Origin: Felis catus
Lineage: Eukaryota
DNA length: 64,000 bases
Reading direction: 5' to 3'
Assembly: GCF_018350175.1 (NCBI RefSeq)
Contig: NC_058368.1
Span: 118,484,001-118,548,000 of the forward strand
Under the pieces are notes generated by a model. The model saw nothing but the letters and a program-made list of their open reading frames with translations. It was not told the origin of the DNA and made no database searches. Both the position numbers and the translations under genes were made by a program. Of this stretch, positions 52,370 to 64,000 are shown piece by piece (positions within the stretch are counted from its first letter, which is position 1; each line of letters begins with the position of its first letter).

Positions 52370-52590
52370 GGGCTCTCACGTTAGGCAACTGGGGTCTAAA
52401 TTTGGACTTGGCTGCTTCATAGCCATGTGACTTTCAGCTAACTACTTAATCTCTCAGGGCCGTGATTTCCTTACCTGGAAAATGAAGATGGTAATAGTAC
52501 CTAGTTCCTAGAATTGTAAGGATTCGTGGAGATAATGCTCGGAAAATGCTTGGCAGGCTGGCAAATAATAAATGCTCAGCAAATTGTTAT
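52370..52590 (+). mobile_element. MIR SINE
   Basis: gccatgtgacttt...acttaatctctc...ggaaaatgaagatggtaatagtacct. Confidence 0.75.
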
Positions 52591-54563
52591 TTGTTAATTA
52601 GTTTGTCCCACGTGTTCACCAGACTTGATTATTTTGTAAGGTTAGACTCTAAATGCTGAGAAGTAAACAAATTATGTTTGTTTCATGTTATGTTCATGCT
52701 TCATGTTATGAAGAAAAGAGAGTATCCCCAGTACTGGATACCCCAGTATCCCTGCGTTTGGGGATGTGGGTGGGGAGGGTTGCATGGGGATCTAGGTTGA
52801 ACTAGGGTAGCAAAGGGGAATTGCAAAATGTCTACCTCACACCAAAACTGGTGATTCTTGGTTTTAAACAAATCCTAACTCAGGATGCTTTAAGCGCGTG
52901 TGTGCTCTCTGTTCTTAGCGTGGAATCTAAGGGAATTCCTATTGTTGGCCTCTGTGACAGAGGCGGAGAAGATGTGTGTGTTTAGAAGCAGAGTTAGTTG
53001 TTTGCCTTGCCAACTGTTGTTTCTAGAGACTGCATCTCTTCGCATGGTTATTTGGAAAAGGGTGTGCCTCCCACAGTGGCTGTCCTTTAGAGTGAAAATC
53101 AGCTCAGAGATGATTTCCGAAGCTTCATGCTTTCCTGTTTTCTGCCTCAGAAGTCTTCACAGAAGTTTTGGCGAGTTGCTCTTTAGGCAATTAAAACTCA
53201 GCGTGGTGCCTCTGTCTCATTTCCACCTTTCCAGCGCTTCCTACCATCTTTCCCCTTTATTATCCCCTTAAAAGCTTTGCATGTCCCAGTTAAAAGCTGA
53301 GAGCAAATGTGTCACATTGAAGATACTGAGTGGGTTTGGGAAGTGGATTTATCTTAAGCTTCTGTCTCTGGTTCCCTTAGGATGACATGGAAGGGTTTTG
53401 TTTGTAGTTCGGAAAGAGGCTGCTAAATCTCCTTTTAGTGAGCAGGAGGTGAGTGGATAGTTCTGTTGTATTGTTTAAATTTAACACTTTCTGTATATTA
53501 TGGTGTCGGGACACCTTAAAAACCTTCCTGACTGGGCATAGACTTTCCCTTCCAGAGCTAGCCAACTCTTAGAGGTAGCAAAGGGCGCAGCCTGGAGCAT
53601 GCCATTGACACGAAAATGAACCAGCCCACAGCCATGCCTCTTCCCTTAATCCCCAGGAGGCAATATTTCTCTGCTTTAATCATCTGAGTTCCAGGTACCA
53701 GGCAAGGAAGGATACTCCTCTAGCTTAGACCCCCCTGAAGTTATTCCTACTCGTCAGTAAGCTGTTGCCCCCTTCCCTGCTTTGCCTTTCCCTTGGCAAC
53801 TCCAGTAACAGCCACTACCTAGGTGTGGCCACCTGACAGTCACCTAAAATAACACAAAACATGTATGAAACACCTTGTATGTGTTCTATATAGGTCATCA
53901 TCTTTGATCCCAAAGATTAGGTTACAGTTTCGCAGCGTTTTCCTTACCTATCCTGTTGTGACTCCAGTGTCATTCTGCATTTTCCTTAACCCATCCAGAA
54001 AGGGACTAAGGAGAGAAGGAAAAGCATTTCCATGGATTTCTTAGCTGCATTCCTGGCAACTCTGCCCATTGTTCTGTCTTCTGGAAGATTCTTACACCTT
54101 AGTTTTTCCCCAGTGCACTTTAGCCAGGAGATGATTCCGCTGTCTGTCCAATCTGTGCCTTCCACAGATTTTCACCTATACCTCAATGGCTAGAGAGAGA
54201 GAGCGGTAAAATGCAAGTTTAGCACTTAGGAAATGTGGAAGGAAAAGAGGAGATGGTTGTATTTATAAATGTTTATGTACTGGCAATTAAGGTTTTACTC
54301 TACTAAGATACACATAAATGCTGAAGTAGTAGTTTTTGACCTAGAATGTACGATGTGTTGGGTTTTTAGGGTCAAATACTTCTACCTTTTAGGCTTAGTG
54401 CTGATAGTTCATGTTATTTTATAACAGAGGCTATAGCCTTTAGGAAGTGATATTCCAGGAGGTCAGCATCTTTGAGTTGATTATGTCAGCATGTCTTACT
54501 GTGTGGTGAGAACCACCTGTGCCCAGCATCCTTGGGGGTGCTTGTTAGAACTACAGCTTTTTG

Positions 54564-55987
54564 TAATCATCAAAACAGTATGGTACTGGCACAAAAACAG
54601 ACACTCAGATCAATGGAACAGAATGGAGAACCCAGAAATGGACCCCACAAACATATGGCCAACTAATCTTTGACAAAGCAGGAAAGAATATCCAATGGAA
54701 CAAAGACAGTCTCTTCAGCAAGTGGTGCTGGGAAAACTGGACAGCGACATGCAGAAGAATGAACCTGGACCACTTTCTTACACCAGACACAAAAATAAAC
54801 TCAAAATGGATGAAGGACCTCATCATAAGACAGGAAGCCATCAAAATCCTCGAGGAGAAAACAGGCAACAACCTCTTTGACCTCGGCCACAGTAACTTCT
54901 TACTCACCACGTCTCCAGGGGCAAGGGAAACCAAAGCAAAAATGAACTTTTGAGACCTCATCAAGATAGAAAGCTTCTGTATGGCAAAGGAAACAATGAG
55001 CAAAACTAAAAGGCAACTGACAGAATGGGAGAAGATAATTGCAAATGACAAATCAGATAAAGGATTAGTATCCAAAATCCATAAAGAACTTACCAAACTC
55101 AACACCCAAAAAACAAATAATCCAGGAAAGAAATGGGCAAAGAACATAAATAGTTGATTTTCTAAAGAAGACATCCAGATGGCTAAAAGACACTGGAAAA
55201 AATGCTCAACATCACTCATCATCAGGGAAATACAAATCAAAACCGCAATGAGATACCACCTCACACCTGTCAGAATGACTAAAATTAACAACTCAGGAAA
55301 CCTCAGATGCTGGCCAGGATGCAGAGAAAGAGGATCTCTTTTGCATTGCTGGTGGGAATGCAAACTGGTGCAGCCACTCTGGAAAACAGTATGGAGGTTC
55401 CTCAAAAAATTAAAAATAGAACTACCCTATGACTCAGCAATTGCATTACTTGGTATTTATCTAAAGGATACAGGTGTGCTATTTCGAAGGGCACATGCAT
55501 CCCAATGTTTATAGCAGTGCTATTGATAACATCCAACGTATGGAAAGAGCCCAAATGTCCATCGACAGATGAATGGATAAAGAAGATGTGGTGTGTATAT
55601 ATATACCATTTGTATATATGTACCATATGTATATATACACAAGCAAAATTAGAGAATGACTTCACTTGTGGAATTTAAGATACAGAACAGATGAACATAA
55701 GGGAAGGGAAGCAAAAATAATATAAAAACAAGGAGGGGGACAAAACGTAAGAGACTCTTAAATACGGATAACAGAGGGTTACTGGAGGGGTTGTGGGTGG
55801 GGGCATGGGCTAAATGGGCAAGGGGCATTAAGGAGGACACTTGTTGGGATGAGCACTGGGTGTTTATACGTAGGGGATGAATCACTGGATTCTACTCCTG
55901 AAATCATTATTGCACTATATGCTAACTAACTGACGTGTAAATTAAAAACAACCAACCAACCAACCAACCAACAACAAACAAAAAAAC
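54564..55987 (+). mobile_element. 5'-truncated feline/carnivore L1, sense to the gene, inserted in a MER5A-like fossil
   Basis: ORF2 remnants ([40 protein letters not shown]) with stops and frameshifts; (CAAC)n/A tail; TSD actacagctt(t/c)ttg (54550-54563 / 55988-56001). Confidence 0.95.
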
Positions 55988-57751
55988 ACTACAGCTTCTT
56001 GGCCTCTGCCCCAGATCTACATAGTCTGACTCTATGGGAGAGGGACTCTGAAATCCACTTTTGGAACAAGCTCTTCATTTGTCCTTTATTTTTACTCATA
56101 ATTAGTACATTAAACACCATATCACAGTACAGTTTTTTCACAGTGTATAAAAATGGTTCCTTATTAGAAATACTGTAACAAGGAACAGTAGTGAAACAAA
56201 ACAAAAAACCAGAAAACTCAAGCTCCTTTACCGAGGAGCTTTATTCTTACCCCTAGAGAGGAGAATATAGCTAGATGACCAGGAAAAAGCAACCACAACA
56301 ACCACAGTAAAACTCACTTTTTAAGTTCAAGATGGAGGAGGGGTGAGGGAACTAGCAGTAAGAGAACATTTTCTGGAAATTGAACGCCATTCATACATGT
56401 CTCCTGTAATCCTCACGATAGTCCAAGGAGGACTGTGCTCCATGAATCCCTGTTACTGATGGGAAATCTGCGGTTTAGAGGTGTGAGTCTTCACCAAGGC
56501 TCAGGAGGGAATTGAACTGATGTGTATAGGAGCTCAGTGCAGGGCACCTTGCCTCAAAACTGAGGGTATTTGAGAAATGCTTTCCAGTGATAAGCCCAGT
56601 GCTGTCAGTACTTGGGTTTCAGAGACCCTGCTGTGTGTTCAACTTCCTGGCTGTGAAATCTGAGAAGTGCTTTCTCACTGTAATCACTTGCATGTGGCAT
56701 CATAAACAAATGGATGAACTCAAGTTGCAAACTAGCTTCTGTTCTTATATTTACTACCTTGTGACCTTCAGAAAATCCTCACATGGCTAATACTTTAAAT
56801 AGGCAATGCAGATAGCACAGGCTGGGCACATTCACACAGGTGTTCCATGAGTGCTGGTTTTTTTTTCGTATACCTCTTCTCCCTTTTAAGATGACATTCA
56901 TTTCTCTTTATTGCGGGAGACTAACATGAGTAAGAAATCATAGTGACAATGCCATTTATCAATTAATTTCATTGGATCATAATACAATGCTGTCAGTTTG
57001 CTCGTCCTCAAATTCTGATGAAAAGGGGTTAGTCTCGGACATTTGTCTTAAAGGAAGCTGTATTGTGACTCTGGCTCATGAATAAGCTTGAAATCAAATT
57101 AACTGTTAATTCAGAGCTATAGGATTTAGAACTATAGTTCTTGAACTGTATGTTAGAGATTGTCTATAAACCAAATACATTTCAGAAATCTGCTTTTAAT
57201 TCTTTTATCTAATTGTTTTTCCTTTGGTATTTCAACTAGGCCTATAGTCTCTTCGCAGTATCTTAGAACCTTCTATATTGACTTCATATGGTTACATAAT
57301 TCTACATAATTACATCTTATCTATCCCTTATTCTCTAGTGCCTGCCTCTGATGCCGTTTTTCAGAACTAGTTTTCAGACCCAAGAGTTTGTTGAGGACCC
57401 TTGACTATTCTGAGTAAATATTTCACAGGCTGATACTAGTTTCTCATGTCTTTGGCTTTCCTTTGTAAGGGTTTTATTGTTACCAACACTGAGAAGTTGC
57501 TGTTAGTAGAAATTCTTGAGTCTTTCTTCAGTTATGAAGTGAAACCCTGCTTAGATCAAGATATTATGTCTGTTAAATCAATGTGATACTGCTTTGATTT
57601 TTCCCTTCTGGTGGTGTTTTAAAGTTGAATTTCAGGACTCATTAAGACTGTAATAGGACTTTAAATGAGTGTGTAGCACTTGGAGTAGTTGTAGGCTATT
57701 GCCACAACATGGTACAAAGAGCAGTATTTTCTTACTTTCTTAGAAGATAGT

Positions 57752-58161
57752 TACTATGAGTTGAATTGTGTACTTCCCAATTCACATGTGGAAGTTCTAA
57801 TTCCCAGTATCTAAAAATTAAAATTATTTGGAAATAGGGTCTTTACAGGGGTAATCAAATTAAAGTGAGGTCATTAGGGTGGGCCCTAATCTCCTATGAC
57901 CGATGTCCTTATAAAAAGGAGTAATTTGGACAGTGAGACAGATGTGTCTTCAAGGCAAGGAATGGCAAAGATTGGCCAGGAAACACCGGAAGCTAGTAGA
58001 GAGGCATGGAGAGGATTCTCCTTCACATACCTCAGAAGGAACCCCGCTAACTACTTGCTCTTGAACTTGACAGCCTCTAAACGTATGAGAGGCTGGATTT
58101 CTTGTGGGGGTGTAACCCAATTTGTGGTACTTTGTTACAGCAGTCCGAGCAAATGAACACA
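57752..58161 (+). mobile_element. MLT1B-like MaLR LTR
   Basis: ttatttggaaatagggtcttt...gaggtcattagggtgggccctaat...gtccttataaaagg...ttgtggtactttgttacagcag. Confidence 0.88.
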
Positions 58162-59361
58162 GTATTGAATAGGGAGGACCTCCCTCAATCAAGCAGCAGC
58201 AACAACAGCCTTTTAGATGGATGGCCCAACATGCACCTGTTGAATAATCCGACTGGCAAGGAGCCTCACTTCACAAACAGCATATTGACATAAATTATCT
58301 TCCTTGTTTTGGCTATTCTTGAAGGTAGCCTAAGCTTTTGTGAGCTTTACAAAAATCATTCTTTCTTATATCACAATAAAGGAGCCCTGTTTGGTTTACC
58401 TTGCCATAGCACCGAGTACTTGAAGGTTTATATTTTATATTGGTTGATCGAACAAAGACTAGATTTATCACTTTTTCCCCTTAAACTGTGTCAGCTCTTT
58501 TTGAGGGAGTTCAGTGTAAAGTCCCTGGGTAGAAACGGGATTCCATCTAAAAGTAGCTGTTACTAATACTTGCCAATCGATGCCTCACTTTAGTCACTTT
58601 GAATAATTGACTCCACCATGCAGCATCCTATTGCAATTACTAAGCAAAAGTAGAGAAAATATTTGTTCAAACTAAAGGATCATGGTGGCAGTCTTCTCCC
58701 AGCATCCCTGGATTTGTTTATTTTTAAGAAATTTCTCACAGATGTGACACATGGATATTTTCTCCCATATGTTTTCCAGGAGGAGCCACTAAACCATATG
58801 GAAAATAATAGAAACAAAAGTCTTCATTGTGATGTACTAAATCAGTGTAGTCTCTTGAGGGGCGTTGTTTATACTTGGGGAAAGGAAACAATTAGAATGC
58901 TTTATTTTGTCCAGGACTAGCTGACTCCAACAGGAGTTAATATGTTTGAAAACATTATGTAGGGTACTAAGTGCCCCATTCCCGCTATTGACATGGGGGC
59001 CAAGATGAGCTTAGTCCTTGCCTTCACAGAGCTTACCTTTGATTGTAGAATGGGCACACACAAACACACACACATACACACTTACTGACACAACTATAGG
59101 TATAAACTGGGGTGTTGAGTGTTCCAACAAACTTGGAGGACCAGATAGCTGTAGGAAAATGTAACAAACACAGGGATTTAATCCCTCTGTTCTTACAGAG
59201 ATTGATGGCATGACTAGAATATTCTGAATCCATTCCTTATCTCCTTCCCTCCTTCCCTCCCTCCCTCATTTATTAAGCACTACTATATGCTGGAGAATTT
59301 ACTGACTGTGAAGTTAGAAAGTTTACTGAGGCACTCTCTGAATCTAATGGACTTTCCTTTT

Positions 59362-59578
59362 AAAATTTTTTTTTTGAACGTTTATTTATTTTTGGGACAG
59401 AGAGAGACAGAGCATGAACGGGGGAGGGGCAGAGAGAGAGGGAGACACAGAATCGGAAACAGGCTCCAGGCTCCGAGCCATCAGCCCAGAGCCCGACGCC
59501 GGGCTCGAACTCCCGGACCGCGAGATCGTGACCTGGCTGAAGTCGGACGCTTAACCGACTGCGCCACCCAGGCGCCCC
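59362..59578 (-). mobile_element. Young feline SINEC_Fc
   Basis: CpG-rich; perfect TSD tggactttcctttt (59348-59361 / 59579-59592). Confidence 0.97.
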
Positions 59579-60990
59579 TGGACTTTCCTTTTTAAAAGCC
59601 ATCACCTGATTTTTCTTCCAAACCAAACCTGAAGCCCTCCTTTTGCAAGCTTTCACAAATAAGGTGAAGAAAGACCTCTTTTCTCTGTCCAGTACCAACC
59701 TGGCATGCCATACCCATTATCAACTCTGCCGTCTTCCCACTGTATGTACTGGGTATTTGAACAGTGTATGAGCTTTTCATGGTAATGCTTGGATGGTTGT
59801 TTAATTAGGTAAGTTCTATATACCTCTTTTCAAGTCTCAATTTGGGTGTCTGTAATTTCCTTACTGCGTCATTTCATACGGCTCTAATACAGTACTATGT
59901 GCTTGTGGTTGTTTATTTTGTTTCTTACGGAAAATGCAATTTTTGAGCTAGATCATTTTGTTCTTTTCTTTGGGACTTTGGTGAACTATTGTGTGTGAGA
60001 CTACAGGAGCTTAATCACGTTAGTTGCTATTTAAATTAAAACGTGAGCACGTACTTACATAATGTGCTTTTAATATAGGTAGGATGAAACAAATTCCATG
60101 AAAATGAAAGGTTGGTTAAAGTAAGAATAGTGGAGGCTTAGAAGATTTATGGAAGGTCTGAAAAATCTACCCACGCCCTTTAATCAGTTACCACCCTTAT
60201 TTCAAGGATGTTTTTATGGCAGGGTGCACGATGCAGGTAAAAGATGCATGGAGCCTTCACTTTCAATTTAGGGCCTCCCCCTTAACTAGCTCTGTGACTG
60301 CACGAGGTCTTGGGCTACATCTTAAGATGGGGTGAGTCATACTTCCCTTGAAGGCTTCTTGTGAAGATGGAATGCAATGATACTCCTTCCTGATGCTGTC
60401 CTGTGTCAGAGAAAGTTGTGCTTTTGGATTTTTGTTCTCTTCCCCCCAAACCTGGGAATTCATTGTTCTCAGGTTGAACCTTTACTTTGGAGGATGTTTA
60501 TTGGAGCTTGTTTTTTCCATTTTGATGTTGTTTCTTTTCTTACAGTGTCATGATTTTTCAAGTCCTCTATAAAGTAAGAGTGAATGCAGATGCGTTCGTT
60601 CAGTGTATATGTGCAAAGGGGCTGGTGGGGGAAGATTCCTTTTTCAAATTATGTATGTGTTAACCTGTTACTTCTATATATTCCCTATAAAAGATAAACT
60701 GTTTTTATGCCTTTCCCTACAGTTTCTTATCTCAAAAGGGAACTATCCTAAGGTTAAATAGTACTTTTGCTTCTAATTTCGTATGTGTCGTGTGCCTGAA
60801 CTCGTTTGCATGTCTTGGTGAGGTTGCATGAATAAGATGGTGCGTGTTTTCCTAAAAGGATCATATTATGTAACAGACTTGCTACAGTGTTAAGCCTCTA
60901 GATGGCAGTTTTGTATATTTATTAGTAACTATTAAGAAGGTCCATTTGAAAATTAGCTGTCCTATATACATCGACAATTAGGAGTCAGCG

Positions 60991-61039
<49 letters not shown>

Positions 61040-61058
61040 TGTGTGTGCGTGCGCACAT
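60991..61058. repeat. (TG)n alternating purine-pyrimidine tract
   Basis: Direct reading; ends gtgcgtgcgcacat. Confidence 0.93.
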
Positions 61059-62307
61059 GCAAGCGCTATAGAAGAAATGCTGTGACTCCTTAAAGAAGAG
61101 GTTTTCTAAATGACTCATTCTTTGGAAATCCTTCCTCCCACCCGCTTCCCTACAAAAGCAGGCATGCTCAGTCCAACCTCTGTTAAAACATTACATTTTA
61201 CCTTGCTTTCTAAATGAAAAACGTCAGGCTCTTTGCTTCAGGGACGGCTTATTTGAGGATGATGAAGAAAACAGATGGGTGATTTAGGCTGTCTGTCCAG
61301 TGTTTGCTGAGCCCCAGGCAGATCCGCTTTCCCTTCTTGGTGCAGTGCGCCTTTATCTTTTCCAACAGATGAACCTCTTTTTCCTGGTTTCAGATTTCCC
61401 CTCCCCTCCCCTCCCCTCCTCATCCCTTGTTTGAAATAATATTTGATTTTTGCCTTCCTGGTGGTTGGATTAGAGTGCTGGTCTCAGTACCACTGACATT
61501 TCAGAGAGGAAATGGCTTTTCCTTCCTCAGAGGGTGTTCTCCTCTAACTTCGATGACTTGGGTGGAGGTAGACTGGAGGGAAATATTGTGCTTTCTGGAT
61601 TGCTTCTTGGCCATTCTGTAAAGTAAACTAGTTGAGAAGTTCTTGGAGTCTTTAAAACTGAGGCAGTTTGAACTTGCCATCGAGTGATCTTACTCCTCTT
61701 CCTTTTTGTACACGAAGAGAGTGTTTACTGTTTGATTCTGGCTTAAGTAAGAACGGGTTGTGGTGGTTCATGGATTTTGTGGAGGGAGACTGGGGCAACC
61801 TTATTTCTAGTCTTCTGTGTACTGAAATTTGATGTTTTCCTAATGGTGAATGCCAGTTCATTAGCCAACTTCTAAATATAAAGTGAGTTTTGTTTTTTAA
61901 GAATCTAAACCAGAATGTTGCTGTTAAATAAATCTAAGGAGAGGAAAGAACTCAATCAGTAAATTCCACTTACTTACATTTCTATTCACTATGAACAAGA
62001 ATAGTAAAACTGAAAAATTGGTAAATGAAGTAATAAATTTTTTGAATTAGAATGTTTTTTCAATTTGTTATCGATAGTGGTAACAAGTATTTTTGTTCTC
62101 CCTGAGTCTTATTCATTGTGGCAATTAATAATGCTTTCTTCTGCTTGGTGTTAACATTTGCTTATGCCTATGTTACCTAGCATCATGGCTGGCCCGTAAT
62201 AGGTAATCAGTATCTGTTTCTTTGGGACCATGCAATTTAATGTCCCAAAGATTTCTTTCTGTGGGCTTCCTGATGTTACAACCACTCTCCCTTAAAATAA
62301 AAAAGTA

Positions 62308-62515
62308 GGGAGCACCTGGGTGGCTCAGTCAGTTGAGCATCTGACTTCGGCTCAGGTCATGATGTCTCAGTCCATGAGTTCGAGCCCTGCATCCAGGTTT
62401 GTGCTGATAGCTTGGAGCCTAGAGCCTGCTTCGGATTCTGTGACTCCCTCTCTGTCTCTCTGCCCCTCCCCTGCTGGTTCTCTGTCTCAAAAATAAATAA
62501 TAAAAACAAAAAAAT
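62308..62515 (+). mobile_element. CAN-SINE, sense to the gene
   Basis: TSD aaaataaaaaagtagg (62294-62309 / 62511-62526). Confidence 0.93.
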
Positions 62516-62696
62516 AAAAAAGTAGGAAATTATCTGATATGATTTCAGCATTTACTCTTGAGAGACGCTAATTATTTTAGGATCTTTCCTCTGAAGAGGC
62601 CAGTGCTATAGGCCATACTAGGTTATAATTCACGCGTTATTGAAAGGATCTGATCGTTTCTAAATTGATGAGAAGCCTGCTTCCGAAAACTTGGTC

Positions 62697-62698
<2 letters not shown>

Positions 62699-62740
<42 letters not shown>
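62699..62740. repeat. (GT)n microsatellite
   Basis: Direct reading. Confidence 0.95.
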
Positions 62741-62743
<3 letters not shown>

Positions 62744-63311
62744 CCCTCTTTCCTTTCCTGCGCTTAAGGAGCTGGTTACCATGGATCCCAGGGCACATAC
62801 ACTGCATACACATGGAGGCAATATAGTACTGTGGTTATACATGGGTTTGCCTTCAGAGTCAGCAGGTTGAGGCTTTGTCACTTACTGGTGGTGTGACATT
62901 TTACAATATTTTGAGTCTCAATTTTTTAAAGAGGTATAATGATAATACCTACTTCATATAGTTGTTATTATGAAGGACAAATGATAACGCAAGTGAAGTC
63001 TTTAGTACAGGACTTGGCCCTTGGTAAATACTCGGTACGTTATCAGGCACAGTTAATGGGCCCCCAGTTTGCAACTTCTGGTTTCTTTCTCACTTTTTCT
63101 GTTTCTTCCTATAACCTGCTCAGGTTGTGGTGGCGTATTCTTTTCACGCAGAAGGATCTGTAGTGCACAAGAACTTTCAGTGGGTCATTAGTGCATTTAC
63201 AGTTGTGCAGATTCATAACTTTTAATCGCTAAGTAGATGAATGTTGCCCTCCAGGGATGACACAGGGTACTGAGTATTGGGAAGAAGAGGAAGTAGCCCA
63301 TGTTTCTCCTT

Positions 63312-63514
63312 TTTTTTAAGTTTATTTATTTTTAGAGAGGGATAGCATGTGCAAAGCACACGAGCTTGGGAGGGACCAAAAGAGAGGGAGAGAGAGAATC
63401 CCAAACAGGCTCTGCACTGACAGTGTGTAGCCTGATACGGGGCTCAAACTTACAGCACCCTTAGATCATGACCTGAGCTGAGATCAATACTTAACTGAGA
63501 CACCTAGGTGCCCC
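63312..63514 (-). mobile_element. Older CAN-SINE
   Basis: Degenerate TSD tgttt(c/g)tcctttt. Confidence 0.85.
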
Positions 63515-63844
63515 TGTTTGTCCTTTTTTTTTTTTTTTGAAGATCTGGAGATGCTCTGTTGAATTTGTGAGATGAATCAAGAATACAGAAACACATTGTT
63601 GTTGGTTCTAGTGCATGAGATGACTTTATATTACGCCATGATAACCTGGGGTGAAGCTCAGGGACAGAGGCAGAGGAAGTCAGACATAGACACTAGAAGT
63701 TGCAATTGGTGGTCCACAGACATGTTTGGTTTGGTTTGAGTACTGTTTGAGGCAACATTTTGAAGCTGGAAAAATCTGTTAATATTGATCCCCCTTCCCA
63801 TGTGCCAGCTGTTGATAGAGCTGAATGGTGGATGCCTCCTTTAT

Positions 63845-64000
63845 TTTTTTTTAAATCTTTTTCATGTTTGTTTGTTTTGAGAGAGAGACAAAGTATGAGT
63901 GGGGGAGGGGCAGAGAGCAAGGGAGACAAAGAATGTGAAGCAGGGTTCAGGCTCTGAGCTGTCAGCACAGAGCCCCATGTAAGGCTTGAACCCATGAACT
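63845..64000 (-). mobile_element. CAN-SINE cut by the window edge
   Basis: Reverse SINE tail and body running off the end. Confidence 0.88.

Noticed and set aside
54605..55405. 266-aa minus-strand ORF
   Set aside because: It is the antisense reading of L1 ORF2, a common artefact, not a gene.
51176..64000. Search for exon 11 (RPGVITMQALSEEDRRLW...)
   Set aside because: Not found by eye; it presumably lies beyond the window in a long intron, so there is no evidence of loss.
1..64000. CRISPR arrays, operons or prokaryotic defence systems
   Set aside because: The sequence is mammalian intron/exon DNA; the recurring repeats are SINEs and microsatellites.

Overview
Mammalian genomic DNA from a felid, judged by abundant feline CAN-SINE/SINEC_Fc elements and carnivore L1. 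The window is an internal part of ARHGAP26 (GRAF1) on the + strand. Nine coding exons are present (2-10 by human numbering, 874 nt, all AG/GT). They splice in frame into NLSSAKRKF...CFDVEAVD(R), which is most of the BAR domain and most of the PH domain. Exon 1 and exon 11 onward were not found in the window. The rest is intron with about 20 SINEs (many with readable target-site duplications), L1 fragments, MaLR/ERV LTRs, MIR/L2, DNA-transposon fossils and microsatellites. I see no convincing novel biological system. The best second-look items are: a possible in-frame alternative acceptor for exon 9, a young antisense SINE just upstream of exon 4, a full bipartite CTCF site, a pre-miRNA-like hairpin in intron 10, inverted SINEs around exon 6, a nested solo LTR and a sense-oriented L1 in intron 10. 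Repeat family names come from recalled consensus sequences, and repeat boundaries without a TSD are approximate.
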